Below, in pieces: positions 11,878 to 24,271 of a stretch of 64,000 bases of DNA. Both the position numbers and the translations under genes were made by a program. Within the stretch, counting starts at the first letter, position 1, and every line of letters starts with the position of its first letter. The stretch comes from Camelus dromedarius (lineage: Eukaryota), in NCBI RefSeq assembly GCF_036321535.1, contig NC_087436.1, positions 5,456,001 through 5,520,000 of the forward strand, in the 5' to 3' direction. The notes under the pieces were generated by a model that made no database searches, had not been told where the DNA came from, and worked only from the letters and a program-made list of their open reading frames with translations.

Positions 11878-12654
11878 AAACAGCTGGACATACTTCTTCC
11901 TGAAAATATCTGATGGCATCCTAACTGAAGTTTTGAGAAAAATCTCATAAATGACAACGACAATTCAGATTATGATTAAAGAGTAAATATGACTCATCTA
12001 GAGAGGTAATAGAAGAGAGATAATGTATAAATTCAAGACTCATGTTTGAAGGCTGTTTGGGCAGTGACAACAGTGATGCTTATGTCACATGCACAAATGA
12101 TTTAGTGAGAATTCTCTCTTTTTCTAACATTTGGTTTCTTAATCGAACATAAAACATTCAGGTCAGCATTTAAGTTCTATGAGCCAGTAAAAGAAAATTA
12201 ATCTAGGCCACGTGAAGCTGGGTGCGCAGGAAACAGGGTTCCAATTGACTGTGTTGAGGTGGCCTCACAAAATAGTTCCGGGAAGATGCAAATAAAGGAA
12301 GAAAATAACAGAAAGAAATGTACCACAGGGTTGCATCACTTCAACAGTGATTGTTCCATCAAGTGAATAGAAAAACCAAGAGGGGAGGTAATTACTCATG
12401 GCCCTTCTTCTCAGTATCAGACACTTAACATAAATTCACCATTCAGTCCTTAGAATAATTCTGCAAGCCATGCCTTGCCATTTTCACTTCACTAAGAAGA
12501 AAACATGAAATGTGAAGAGGTTCAGTGACTAGGCCAAGGTTTACTCCCTTTTTCAACACAAATGCAGGTGCTCTGGGCAATGGCGATGGATAAAAACAGA
12601 CAAAAATCTCTACCTTCCCTGAGCTCGCATTTTAGAAAGGTAAGTGAGGCTGTG

Positions 12655-12915
12655 TCTATTCATATATAATCTATTTATTTATATATAATTTATTCCTAGG
12701 TTATATATATTCTATTTTTTATATAATCTACTTCTAGGTTATGTATTTGCTATTTATATATAACCTATTTCTAGTTTATAAATTTTGTATTTATATATAA
12801 TCTTTTTTTATTTTTTCTATTTTTATTTCTATTTTATAGATAATATATGTATATATAATCTATTTCTACGTTATATATATTCTATTTAAATGTAATTATT
12901 TCTGGGTTGTATACC
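12655..12915. repeat. AT-rich degenerate minisatellite (unit core tatataatctattt(ctaggt))
   Basis: The core recurs several times with variation. Confidence 0.8.
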
Positions 12916-12979
12916 ATATTAGAAGGTAATAAGGACTATGAAAAAGAAACAAAAAACCAAGTAAAAGGAGATCGGAAGT

Positions 12980-13730
12980 CCTTGAATGGGTGAGGAGCAG
13001 GTGGTACCTTTAAATAATATCTGATACATCGCTTGAGAGGGTGACATCTGAGGAAAAACTTGAAGAAGTTCGGGAGCTGGATGTGCGGCTGTCTGGGGGA
13101 GGGGCACAGTAGGCAGAGGGAACAGCAGAGACAGTAGGCTGTTGGAGGTGCAGCTGGACCAGTGTCACTGGGGCAGAGAGACCAAGGGGAGAGAGTCAGA
13201 GGTCGGCAGAGCACTGGGAGGGCGCCTGGCACTCGGGACCCTGTGTTGCCCTGGGAGAACCTTGGTTTAGCATCTGAGTGACGTGAGGAGTATTGCTGGG
13301 TCTGGGCTGAGCAGGGATGTCATCTGACACAGACATGTCTTACAGGCACCTGGCCGCCGTGTTGATACCAGGGGAGTGGGGCAGGCAGGAAGCTACTGAA
13401 ATAACCCAACTCAGAGGTGATGGTGGCTCAGTCCGGCTTTCCTACAGTAAACATAGTAGTTAGAGAGGACGCAGTGTTTCCTGGCAGACTGGATGTGGGG
13501 AATGAGAAAAAGGAAGCAATTAGGAACTTCTTTGAGATTTTTGGCCGGAGCCTCCCGGGGGGACGGGTTGCCATCAGCTGAGAGAAGGTGGAGTGGGAAG
13601 AGATTTGGCGGGGAAGAACACTGGCTCCATTTTGGACAGGTGAGAATGAAATGTGTTCAGTCTGCAAGGTGAGATGTCGAGAAGGCAACTGGATATGTGA
13701 GTCTGGAGTTCTGGAGAAAGGTCTAGTTCA
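12980..13730 (-). mobile_element. LINE-2 fragment
   Basis: Purine-rich antisense L2-like motifs: gagggtgacatctgag, ggcagagggaacagca, aggcaactggatatgtgagtctggagttc. Confidence 0.7.
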
Positions 13731-13853
13731 TCACGTGAATCTCTACCTACTATTACTTCCCATTCTTAGTAATTCAAGATTACAAGAAAACTAAGTTTCA
13801 GGTTTTCCTCCGCTTCTGAATTCCCTTGGTTGCGTGAAACGTATTTTTTGTCC

Positions 13854-14320
13854 TGTAGGGGAGGAAAAATGATTTTCTCCTCACCCTTCTTGGTTCTTGG
13901 CTGAGATTCCTAGTTAAAAAAAAAAAAGACAGATTAACAGGAGGAAAAACACCCAGAAGTTTAATAACATGTGTACCACCTGTGTGCATGGGAGACACCC
14001 AAGAAACCTGAGTAACTCCCCAAAATGGCCCAAGACACCGCCTCAAAGACCATCTCCAACTAAAGACAAAAGAAGATGTTGGTGGCGGAGGAACTCCAGT
14101 TGGTCCAGGGAGACTACCAGGAAAAAACGGTCAAGAAGGGCGTGATTGTCATGCAGACTGAATCCTGTGCCTCCCCCTGGGGTAAGAGTTTTTGGAGATT
14201 TAGTCAGCCTCCTCTTCCTGGCGCAGAGAGGGAGACAGCCAAACAAATGGAGATTTTTTTCCCTTATAAATGTAAATGTATTTTATGAAAGACTAACTTC
14301 TACTTGGTTTTCAGAGCAGA
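13854..14320 (-). mobile_element. ERV1-class solo LTR (partial)
   Basis: Starts tgtaggggagg; aaaagacagattaacaggag...agtttaataaca is typical of the antisense R/U5 of ERV1 LTRs. Resembles the element at 44.1-44.7 kb. Confidence 0.65.
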
Positions 14321-15119
14321 GTATCTTGTGAAACCTACAGAACATGGTTACTTACAGGAAAAGCTCACTCCCCCGCATGATGTGAGTTGACAGTTTACTA
14401 GTGAAGAAATACGTGTATAGGTCCGCAAAACTTTGCTAAGTAATACTGCTCGTCTGAGACTGCTTTCTTAATAAAAAGAAGTCAAGTAGGCGCTCAGTCC
14501 AGAGGTAACAGGAAAGCTTTGTATGTTACCCAGGAGCCAAGGGAAGGGGTCCTTGGTAAACAGAAGGCAGAGATTGTACCTGACTCATAACTGTTAAAAT
14601 AAAACTCTGAGTCTCAGGTAAATTCTATTCAAGGTACTTAAGTAACCCTAAATTAATCCTTTAATAAACCGGAGCTTCGCCTTCTTCGTCTTTAAAATGG
14701 GGACGAAGCCAAGAAACTTGCCCAGGAATGAATGGAGCGAGGGCCAAGTGCGGTAATGCAGCGACCGCGCTCTGAAACTAAAGTTCTGTACACGTGTTAA
14801 TTACGCAAAAATATTCAAACAGCATTACCTCCATGATTACATGGCTTTCGTGACTTTGATCAACTTAAGGGCACTTAGAAAGGTCAGGCTTTGAGAAATT
14901 GGAAATAAGACTCCAAGATGAAGTCAGATGCCAGCGGACCAGGCCAACGATGAAATCCCAGAAACTGGCTGTCGTCTGCTTTGGTCCAACAGGGGCATTT
15001 GTTGTTCCATCACTTTTTGTTGCTAGTGGTCAAAAACGGACAATAAAGGACTGCAGCTCTTTGAATGTTTTTTTTTTCTTCTGGGCCCAGCCCTGCCCAC
15101 CCCCACCCTCCACCCCCGC

Positions 15120-15860
15120 CCCACCGTCTAGAGCGAGCCTCCGGTGGGGACCGCATCCTTACGCTCAGAATCCCCTCCGGGGCGGGGGCCCGAGACGGCG
15201 GACGGTGGGACGTCCTCCCGCGCGGCCGGGGCCCCCGCGCCGTCAGCATCCCGGCCCGCGCCCCGCAGCGCGCCCACCCCGCCGCGGAGCGGACCGTACG
15301 GCGCAGGCTCGGCGGCGCGAGCAGGCGCGTCAGCCCATCGCGGGGACGGGCACGCGGACGGGGACGCGGACGGGGATCCGGGCGCAGCCGCTCCCCCCGC
15401 AGCGGCGCGTCGGGGCCGGAGCGCCAGTCCTCACGGGGCTGCGGGCGGGCTCCTCAGGCAAGTCGGCTCTGGAGAGGGGCGCGCGGCGCGCGGGGCCGGG
15501 GCCGGGACGCGGGGGCACTGCGGCGGCGGGGCGCGGGGAGGCGGAGGGGGAGGAGGATGCCGGGGGATGTCCGCGCATCCCTGGAGGAGGTGCGGGTCCG
15601 CTCGGCTGGAGGCGTGCGGAGAGGCTCGCGGACGTAGCTGGCGTCGTTTTGCCTGCGGGGAACCCTCAGCCACTGCAGCTGCCCCCTCCGGAAGGTGGGA
15701 GGTGACACGGAATTTCTCTCTCCACCCTGCAGACCGCCAGGACGGCCTCCAGTGGTGTCCTGGGGCCGAGTGTGAAGGTGGGCATGGTACCTGCGGCCGC
15801 GGGCCAAGGTGTCTGGACCAGATGCCGCCGTGGGAGGGGGCAGGGAGCCCGGTGCTGAGT
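15120..15860. promoter_or_regulatory. GLRB: CpG island / GLRB promoter
   Basis: Very high GC and CpG density against an AT-rich background, GC boxes (ggggcgggg near 15179), ~1.5-2 kb upstream of the ATG-containing exon. Confidence 0.9.
15250..15457 (+). other. GLRB: Putative non-coding exon 1 of GLRB (TSS not determinable; 3' end at CAG|GCAAGT)
   Basis: The ATG exon begins after a splice acceptor, so an upstream exon is needed. The best donor-like site in the island is CAG|GCAAGT at 15457/15458, and this segment has no ATG. Confidence 0.55.
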
Positions 15861-17368
15861 TGACCGAGGGATGCTGTGGGCCTGGAGTCCCCTCTGTCGT
15901 CTTCAGGAGACAGGACCAGGGAGGAAGTCCTGGTTTGCTAGGGGCTGTAAAGGATAAATGTGAGATAGTAAGAATTCCTGAGAGGAGGGAGGTGAAAATC
16001 GTGACATCGGAGAAGCAAAATTATAAGGGAGAGCTGGGAATGAAGTTAATGTCGAGGGGTAGACGGGGCTCTTACCCTGCAGAAAACAATGAAGGAGTAA
16101 GAATTTATGGTTTGGAAGTGAAGGATGCGGAAGAGGTTTAAATATTCCAGTGTATAGGAGATGCTTAAACCGCTTTTTTCTTTCTTTCTTTTTTCTTTTT
16201 TTTTTTTTTTGTGTGTGTGTGCACCAGACGGACAAGAATATAGTTCTCATTTGAGCTAGGAAAATGCTATTAAAATATGGCCAAGGGGATTATCTGGAGG
16301 AGTCTATTTCATATAGTGTTGCCTAGAATTTCTGGAGTCAGAAATTGTCTTTTTGATGATAAGTGTTAGTATCATGTGAGGAGGAAAGCTAACTTCAGTC
16401 AATATGCACGTTTTAGGGGTAAAAGGTAACTTGCAAATTTAGTGTGTATAAATAGAAACAGTTTAGGGAGTGAAACCCTCTGATACTACATTCGCCTTCT
16501 ATCTCTGTCAATCCTTTAATACTTAGAATTGTCCTTCCCTTTAGAATAGTTTTATTGCTTTGGGGAAAACATACATGCAGATTCAAAGAACAGAGAGCTT
16601 TAAAAAAGAAAACAAAAAAATTGAAGTGTACTAGCACAAGGTAACTGTTTCAATACCGTGTTAAACACCCTTCCTGGTATCTTTCTGAGCATATACTGAT
16701 ATATTGTGCAATTCAGTATCAATTTACAATTTTGTATAGTATATAATATATAATATTATATTGTAATAATAATATATGGTATATAAAATTTTATATGATA
16801 TATATATATATATAAACTCTATGATAGAAATTTTGCATACTTACCTTTTATTCCTCTTTGGGGTCTTACTTTCTATAAACCATTATTTAAACTAACTTTT
16901 ACTACGAAAGTATCACATATTATATAGTGAAGTATAACCACACAGGTTTGAGCAGTGAGAATTTTTTTAAAGGCCAAATAGGATTTATGCAAGTAAAAAA
17001 ATTCACAAACACTATATATGATTATACATGAATGTACATATGATATTTAAAAGTCTAAAAATGGACTTCAGAGGTAGGACTTACAGTTTGTTTTTTTTTC
17101 CTCCAGAGGAGGAGGAAGAATAGAAAAATCATACTCAGTATAACATATTTAATAAGCTTAAAATATTACAAAGCCCTCATGGTTATGTGGGTTTGGGAGG
17201 CATGTGTTTACTGTGAGCAAAGAGAATTTGATGTACAGACGCACTTGTCTGCCGGGTGGTAATGGTCAAACTCCTTAAGGAGTCATAGAGTTAATCATTT
17301 GCTTCTGAAAGGTAAACGTTTTCTTGTTCTTTCTTGTAGATTGCGCTCCCGAAAGTTAACTTTTCAAG

Positions 17369-17490
17369 ATGAAGTTTTTACTGGCGGTTGTCTTTTTCCT
17401 TTTGATTTCCTCGTGGATTGAAGAAGCCTGTTCTAAGGAGAAGTCCTCAAAGAAAGGGAAGGGGAAAAAGAAGCAGTACCTCTGCCCATC
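17369..17490 (+). CDS. GLRB: GLRB first coding exon (exon 2; starts at 17340 with 29 nt of 5' UTR), signal peptide and basic N-terminus
   Basis: Encodes [40 protein letters not shown](S). Acceptor ttcttgttctttcttgtag ends at 17339, an in-frame TAA lies upstream at 17357-17359, and the donor is TC|gtaggt (phase 2). Confidence 0.97.
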
Positions 17491-18936
17491 GTAGGTTCTT
17501 CCTGTCTTACCTTCTTATCTGGGGAAACGTTACTGCATTTTGCTCAAAATAAGGTGGTTTATTGAGACACGTATCAGCAGAATGCTTCCCATCAGACCAT
17601 GTACCCGTTTGTTTCATAGGTAGAACGTGACGGAGTGAAGAGTTTGGGAAGGAGAAAGCTAATTCCCAGTTTTATCAAGCTTTGTTCATGCCTTGGGCTT
17701 AGGTAATTTGTATACATCTTTTATAAATGTGGAAAAAAGTTACTCTTTCTTGCCCTGAATGTGCAGCTTTAGTTGGATACTGAGATTCTGTATTTTGAGC
17801 AAATAGCAGTTCAAAAAGTTGACTGAAAAATACTCCTAAAAATGCATATTCGTTAAAAAAATCATTAAATCATTAAATTCATTAAAAATTTATTTAAAAA
17901 TAGCTAAACTATAATTTTAAGGTCTGTTTAATTCATATTAGTGAATGGCAGATGAAAATTCACATGGTAGATCAATTTTCTATTTCAGTATTTTTTTCTT
18001 GATAAAAGATTTATATTAGAAAATTAGGATATTTCTCAAAAAATATGTCATTAAATTTGAGGTTACTTGTAAAATTAAAATCTAAATCCAGATCACCCAA
18101 TTTCCCCTTCCTTCCCAACCCAGAAAAGCAACACCAAAGTTTTATACTTTGGACTCTGTTTTTTTTTTTTTTTTAAATTAAAGTTTAATATTACTGGTGA
18201 ATAACAGTAGAGAATATCCAATAGTGGGAACAACTGAACAGTGTATAAATATATAACCTTCACAAAATATGTGATTTTAGGTAATAATGTTACAACATAT
18301 GCAGTGATCTGGAATAAAAATTAATTTGTTGTTACAGTTATGTTTACATTAAGGTTTCTTAAGTACCACATTGATCTCGGGGAATGTTATTCCAGCATCA
18401 TCACTGTCTACATGTAGACGATAAGAGTTGCAGAGATGTTCTGTAGGAATTACGGAGGCACATTCTGTGAAGTGTATTTTGTAAAGGAAGGGCATCAGAG
18501 GTGGTGTGTCCAAGTCGATATTGGTATGAATATATGAGACCGCAGGTCTGGGGACGGTATCGTGTCCCATATAAAGTCCAGTGTTAAATCAAGCTCACTA
18601 TTAAGAAATACCTCCTAATTTTCAGCTTTAATCACCCTGCTTATTCTAGTGCTGCACAGGCCGGGGTCAGGGCCAGTCTTCTAGGGGTGGAGAGGACGGT
18701 GCGTCTTGCCCGGTGCAGTGTGATGGAGAAGGTTCAGGAATAACCACACCTGCAGCTCTCACGACTCTGCTGATAAAGTGTTGGTGCCACAACCAGGAGA
18801 TTAGCATTTTAGGGAGCCTGTCATTGTCAGGCCTTACTCTTCCCAAGTGTGAGGACACACTTTCATGTTTTGGATATTCTTTACAGTAACCTTTTTAGTT
18901 TTATGTTGGTGTCATTTTATTTTTTAAATTTTTTTG

Positions 18937-19208
18937 TGGGGGAGAGATAGTTAGGTTTCTTTGTTGGTTTGTTTGTTTATTTATATATTTATGTTTTAAT
19001 GTAGGTCCTGGGGATTGAACCCAGGACCTCGTGCATCCTAAGCATGCATTCTAACACTGAGCTATAACCTCACTCCCCAATATTTTATTTTATTTTATTA
19101 TTTAAATTAAATTAAATTAAATTTTTTTAATGGAGGCACTGGGGATTGAACCCAGGACCTCTTGCATGCTAAGCACGCACTCTACCACTGAGCTACACTC
19201 CTCCCCCC
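18937..19208 (-). mobile_element. Two tandem tRNA-derived SINEs (~18937-19078 and ~19080-19208)
   Basis: Two copies of ctggggattgaacccaggacctc..gcat.ctaagca.gca.tcta.cactgagcta separated by an AT-rich tail. Confidence 0.9.
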
Positions 19209-20170
19209 TTATATTAACCTTTTGTTTGGTAAATGTTGGCATAGTGGCATCGACTACTGTTGTATTTGTCTTGGTGTCATGGTGGTTCTACGTCTGGCGT
19301 CAGATCATCTCTGATCAGTCAGGCTTCTCTAGATACGGAAACTGACAGGGCACCTGTCTCCTTCCCTCGGTCCCCATCAGACGGCATGAATCCGAGTCTA
19401 GAATTTGTCAACAGTTGATCTTATAAGGACCACATGTCTTACAGGAATCTTCTGGAACACGTCCTGTCCCTTCCCAGAACAACCCTACTAAATTGCCTGA
19501 TGTATAAACTGTATATACTTACAGTGTCTATAGTGAAGGCAGATTTTTAAAGTTAAATCTGGTAGATAAAGAGGGAAACAAAAAAGGTTCTCTTGGCATG
19601 TGTGGAAACCTTCAAGTGGGAGGCGTGGCCCATATCTGTGAGCCCACATCACAGTGTTTTAGATATGTTGAGTAATTGGTTGAAGTTTTGTCTCTGAAAT
19701 TTTCTACTGCAGTTTTAAAATCTTTATTATAATACTGTTTGTAACTATGAGACTACATAAAGCTTTATTAACAGTTGTCATGGTGATGCTGCCAAAAATC
19801 CACTTATTAAAAAGTAGATGAACTTTGGAGAGTCAGATTTGTCTATATATTTTTTGAGCATTTATTAAGAATTTTGATTTTGTTATCATGGAACTTCTGA
19901 AGACTAGGGTTTTCCCTGGCTATTGTTGGATCCATTATATTAAATTTTTTGAACATTGAGATTGGACTCTCAGTTATAATAATGTGCTGTGAAAGAATAT
20001 ACAAATTATTTCTGTCTTAGAGGATGATGCAGTTTGCCCATCTTGCATAAGCTGATTATAAAATATCTTAAGAGGAATATGTGGGGTTACAAAACCCGGA
20101 AGTTAGGTACAGACTAGCTTGCACTCCTCAACATGGTGAAATTCTTGCCCAGTGGTATTTTGATTTATTT

Positions 20171-20205
<35 letters not shown>

Positions 20206-20679
20206 TGGAGTTGACGAAGCAACAGGGTTGGATGGATACATGCAGTTAAGTGCTGTGTAAGTGTAGCAAACATGAGCCAAAATTTTCCATTTTCTAACAT
20301 TTCCCCCCAAAGACTGTAAGTAAGAGGAAAAGTGTTTTTAAATGGAGAAAACAAGAAAAGACTTAGGACCCTCATGTTCTAGGTTGATGTTGAGCTTGAA
20401 TCAAATTATCAAATTTTCCTGGCTCTTTACTTTTTTTTTTTGACCTACATTGTTTTGAGAAGCTGGAAAATCGTAAATGGATGCTATCAGGCAGTGTTTT
20501 TTGGTATGTAGCTGAAGTACCAGGCTGACAGACCACCTGATAAATTGGATCTCTAAAATTTTAGAAATTTAGTATATATGGCTAAATGCAAGATAAACTT
20601 TAGATCAGAAAGTGTTTTTAACTTTTTAACTTTGTATTTCACAGCTTGAATTTGACATTGGCCTTAGTCTATTGGTCTC

Positions 20680-21860
20680 TCCTCTGATTTTCTATATACT
20701 CTGCCTCAGTGGTTTTGCCCACATCTCTGGCTGTAACTCCGTCTCTTCAGCGTTAATGCCTGAGTTTCTCCATCCAGCCCGGTCCTCGCTGAAGAACTCC
20801 TTACCCATGCACCCCACGTTTCTAGCTGGTTATCCCGTCTTGATCTTAATTTAAAATGATAAAACCTGAGTTCCGAAGTCCTCCCCGCCTCTCCAAATAC
20901 AGTGTTTCCGTTTGCAGCAAACGTGATTCCATCACCTGCTTGGCCATCCAAACTCAGATCTTAGGGATTCCCTTGGACCTTCCCTTCCAACCTTAGCTTC
21001 TCAAATCCAGTTGTCCCCGAGATGTCTTCATTCAGCCTTCGCCATCTTTGGAGTGTGGCCCTCACTTCCCTCCCACGTGGACACTGCTTTCCCTGCTCCC
21101 CCCACCTTTCTGGTGAGCTCCTTTTGAGTCTCTGAGCTCCTTGTCTTCCTCCACCAATTCGTACGCCACACCCACCCCGCAGTGTGCTTTCTTCAGTCTG
21201 CTAAAGTTGTACCAATGCTTAGAGCCCTCTGGGGGACTCCATAGCCTTCTGGATAAGATTCTGATTTCTTGGCATCCGCACACAAAACTCTTGCTGAACT
21301 GGCCTCTGACTCCTCCAGCGGTATCTTTCCATCCCAGCCCACGCCCTCACTCAAGTCTCATCCACACTTGCTCTCTCACAGCTCTGCGGTGTCCTTCCCT
21401 TCACCAAGATGCCAGACGTTTCCTTCTTTGGTTGGTTAACTCCTGCCTCAGTGGCCTTGCTCAGATCCAGAGCTGTACATGCCACTTACTGTCGACTCCT
21501 GCATCTGTACGTCTTGCCCGGATCTCTCTGAAGAACGCCACGCTCATGCGTCCCACATTTTAATCTGACTGTTCCTTCGTGACCGCAGACTCAACTTAAA
21601 CTCCAACCTTGCTGTCTCCTTTGGGAAGCCTTTCCTAATCCTGACTGTCTGATTTAGATAATCACGCTCTGTGCCTCCCTGGTCTTCTAATTGCCTATCC
21701 TGTTTGCAAAGCTATATGGTCACATCAACTGTGATCGTCTGCTTTCCCCACTAGATTGTAAGCTTCTTGAGGGCAGTGTCTCATTGACTTAGTCACCAGA
21801 GGTCAACACAGTGCCTGGTACAAAATACACATGCAATAAAAATTTGTTTAAAGAGTGAAT
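20680..21860 (+). mobile_element. LINE-2 3' region, highly diverged
   Basis: Pyrimidine-rich L2 motifs ending ccccactagattgtaagcttcttgagggcag...cacagtgcctggtaca...aataaaaatttgtt..gagtgaat. Confidence 0.75.
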
Positions 21861-21989
21861 ACAAACCGCAAGATCTGTGACTCTTGTAAGTCGTTATGTC
21901 AGTATTTTGTTATGGTGCTTGGAAATAGCTTACCTGATCTCTATGAACAGGATTTAGACATAGTCTCAATATAGAGAACACTTGGTATT

Positions 21990-23230
21990 TAACAGCTGGG
22001 TAATTAGTCGAGCATCCTCAACCTGGGTGATGTTTCCTGGTGAAATTTCAGCCTTATCGTGTGCCTGTTCAACATCTTATCAATGACCAAAGTAAGACTC
22101 TACAGACAAACCATCCAAATTGCAAAGAATGAGATGCTGGAACATACAGCAGCTATGTGAGACAGAATTAGGGTCTAATGGGATCTTGAAGGGCCAAAGT
22201 GATGGGCTGAATCTAACAAAATTGTAGTATAAATTGCACTTTGGTTCAGAAATCGCTTCTGCACATGTAGCGTGGGGAAGACAGTTTGGCAGAGCACATT
22301 TGGAAAAAAAATATTAGCATAGCAGTCATGATGTAATGAATAATACAATGTATAATATACATGTGTGATACAGATGAGTAGTGATATACTATACGTTTTC
22401 ATCCGAGTTGTATGTAACTCTCTATATATAGTTACTTAAGAAAGAAAGTGGTGTTTTCATGTTACTAATTCTGTGTTAAGCATAGGACTTTGCTCAAAGG
22501 ACTCTATTACTTAAAGCAAGATTTGCAGAGATTTCTGTACTGTGCTGGTCAGTACTTTTAGGGTCAGTACTTTATTTATTTAAGAATAATTGAGACCACC
22601 GGAAGTCTGTTTTCTATGTCTGTGAGTCTGCTTCTGTTTTGTAGGTAAGGTCACTTGTGTCCTTTTTTGGGGGTGGTGGGAAGGGATAAACTGGGAATTC
22701 GAAAGTTGCACCTCTTGGGGAGAGATGGAAATGTTAGCTGTCTTGCTTGTGGTCGTGGTTTCGTGGGTGTAGACATCTATCCAAATTAATCAAATTGTTC
22801 ATTTGAAATATGCGTAGTTTACTGTACAGGAACCATACCACAACAAAGGTGTTTAAAAACAAGAGAATAGTTGAAGTCCTTAAAATAATGCCATATTAGG
22901 AAGAGCTGAAGGATCTGAGATGTATGAAAATTATCTTCAATATTTTTGAAAAACTGTGACATAGATGAGGAAGCAGACTTGGTACCACCAGTTCAAAGCA
23001 GGACTGATGAGTAGAAACCAGGTAGAGGGCTATTTTTGGCTTCAGATCAGGAAGAACATTCTAGTAGAGTTCTGCCGGGGAAGGGAGGTTGTGCACTGAG
23101 GCCACAGCTCACAGTGGTTACAAGCACTCGACATGGGGGGTTACTTGGCAGGCATGTTTTACAGAAAGTTTGAGCATAGAATAGGTGTTTGGGCCAGATA
23201 GCGGTATTTATGGCCATTTCAATTTGTGAG
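21990..23230 (+). mobile_element. Fragmented L3/CR1 LINE relic, interrupted by L1 pieces
   Basis: cctgttcaacatcttatcaatgac and gaagagctgaaggatctgagatgt resemble CR1/L3 RT and 3' segments. Confidence 0.5.
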
Positions 23231-23711
23231 TTTTTTTTTTAAGATTCTCTGATTCTAATATATTGTATTTGACGACAGCCTCATGATTAGCCAATAACAG
23301 AATGATATGGAAAAACCATCTTTTAAAATTTTTCTCTCCATCTAGATTTAAATAGATCAGCCTTTATTTCTGGTGCATTGCCTTGGAACGCTCTCCCATG
23401 TAAGATAAATATATCTTGGTCCAATAATAAGGATTTAAAATTATGCAGTGGTAGAACTTCTTGGAATATCACAAGTATCAGATTTTTTGAATATCTCTTT
23501 CAATGCCAGAAAATCTTTTCTGACCTAAACCAACAGAAGAAATATGTCAAGGTACTGTTAGTCTCAAGAAATAATGACTGAGAGATGACAGATATAAATT
23601 ATCCTGTCAATGCTTTGCATGATTTATAAGGAGAGCACATAGGTTTATGGATTTATATTTTAAGGTCTATTATATATGAATCCAGAACATACTAAAACAC
23701 ACTTTCAGAAT

Positions 23712-23942
23712 TCTTTTTGTTTATAATTGAAGTGCAGTCAGTTACAATGTGTCAGTTTCTGGTGTGCAGCACAATGTCGCAGTCATGCATACACATACAT
23801 ATATTTGTTTTCATATTCTTTTTCATTAAAGATTATTAGAAGATATTGAATATTATTCCCTGTGCTATACAGAAGAAATTTGGTTTTTATCTGTTTTTGT
23901 ATATAGTGGTTAACATTTGCAAATCTCAAACACCCAAATTTA
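23712..23942 (-). mobile_element. Short L1 3' UTR fragment
   Basis: Highly similar to 7005-7225 within this window. Confidence 0.85.
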
Positions 23943-24271
23943 TTGATTGAATTAAAAAATCCAAAACCAAACGGAACTATCTCAACAAAACCCAAAACAT
24001 TATTTGTCATTTCTCTCTGTGCTCACAGCAGACGTAATAACACTTTTTAATATCAAATTTGGCCAGTCTCTAACCTCTGTTGGCAATGCTGCCATTTTTA
24101 CCATCACTGGATTAGGGAATCTTCTACTATTTGTTGAGGGCTGTTTGAATGTCAAGCATCTGATAGCTTACAATATGTATAACTAATATGCTTACAAGTT
24201 ACATTCTCCCATTTTTGCCCAGACTTGTATCCTAGGTATAAAGAAGCTTAATCACAAGCCCTTAATTGATT

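Noticed and set aside
14899..15863. Long overlapping ORFs (268, 239, 190 aa) across the CpG island
   Set aside because: Low-complexity Arg/Gly/Pro/Ala translations expected where GC content suppresses stop codons; no recognisable domain.
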